A DNA stretch of 61,767 nucleotides from Rubripirellula sp. GTDB taxonomy: Bacteria > Planctomycetota > Planctomycetia > Pirellulales > Pirellulaceae. This document shows positions 61,522-61,767 of this stretch, piece after piece. The translations under genes were made by a program, and so were the position numbers. A model generated the notes under the pieces. The model was not told the DNA's origin, ran no database searches, and saw nothing but the letters and a program-made list of their open reading frames with translations. The stretch lies in assembly GCA_016779185.1 (NCBI GenBank), contig JADHOA010000001.1:1-61767 (forward strand). Reading direction: 5' to 3'. Position 1 is the stretch's first letter, and each line of letters begins with the position of its first letter.

Positions 61522-61767
61522 CTAACTTTCTGCTATGGGGTTAGAGCTTTACTTTCTATTGACACACAGTGGTAGGGTTGATGCAAAAATCAAACGTATG
61601 GGTTAGTAATCGCCAAACATGAGAATTAAGCAACGACTAATTCGCGATTACGTTATTCTGATCGTTTCAGATTTCAAAACACTGATTGTCATTCTAACGA
61701 TAAAGAAACGACGGGTGTGTGCGCAGCTGAGGCAGGCCAATGTGGTTGACCAGAGATTGGCAAGCTT

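Noticed and set aside
1-61767. CRISPR arrays, tRNA/rRNA genes, defence systems
   Set aside because: No regularly spaced repeats, cloverleaf with CCA end, rRNA signature or defence-gene motif was found by eye. tRNAscan-SE, Infernal and DefenseFinder would be decisive.

Overview
Bacterial chromosomal segment, almost certainly from a planctomycete of the Pirellulaceae type. This rests on DUF1501, DUF1549/DUF1553, PSCyt1, DUF1571 and PVC-type CxxCH proteins plus an ECF-Ser/Thr kinase pair; GC looks somewhat below 50% by eye. Positions 1-22.3 kb are a co-oriented minus-strand block of exported proteins of unknown function: a DUF1501 / PPC / DUF1549-DUF1553 / PSCyt1-WD40-coiled-coil module, two giant membrane proteins that appear to be built from three copies of one architecture, and a PVC-type heme-binding dehydrogenase-like protein cut by the window edge. 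Positions 23-44 kb are mostly housekeeping: PEP-CTERM protein, FkbM methyltransferase, ChdC/HemQ, DUF1571, flavin reductase, IMPase, Ser/Thr kinase, response regulator, sdhCAB, GntP, M24 peptidase, PIG-L deacetylase, LRR protein and alaS. A strongly structured, terminator-ended ncRNA candidate lies between alaS and the LRR gene. Positions 44-61.8 kb look accessory: a multi-redox SGNH/propeller/cupredoxin/cytochrome c protein, ECF plus membrane kinase, WS/DGAT, a frameshifted Tat-type multicopper oxidase, GDPD, a TRAP transporter with a PhyH dioxygenase, and an SASA esterase. No rRNA, tRNA, CRISPR array or transposase was recognised. Family calls come from motif recognition by eye, not from database searches.
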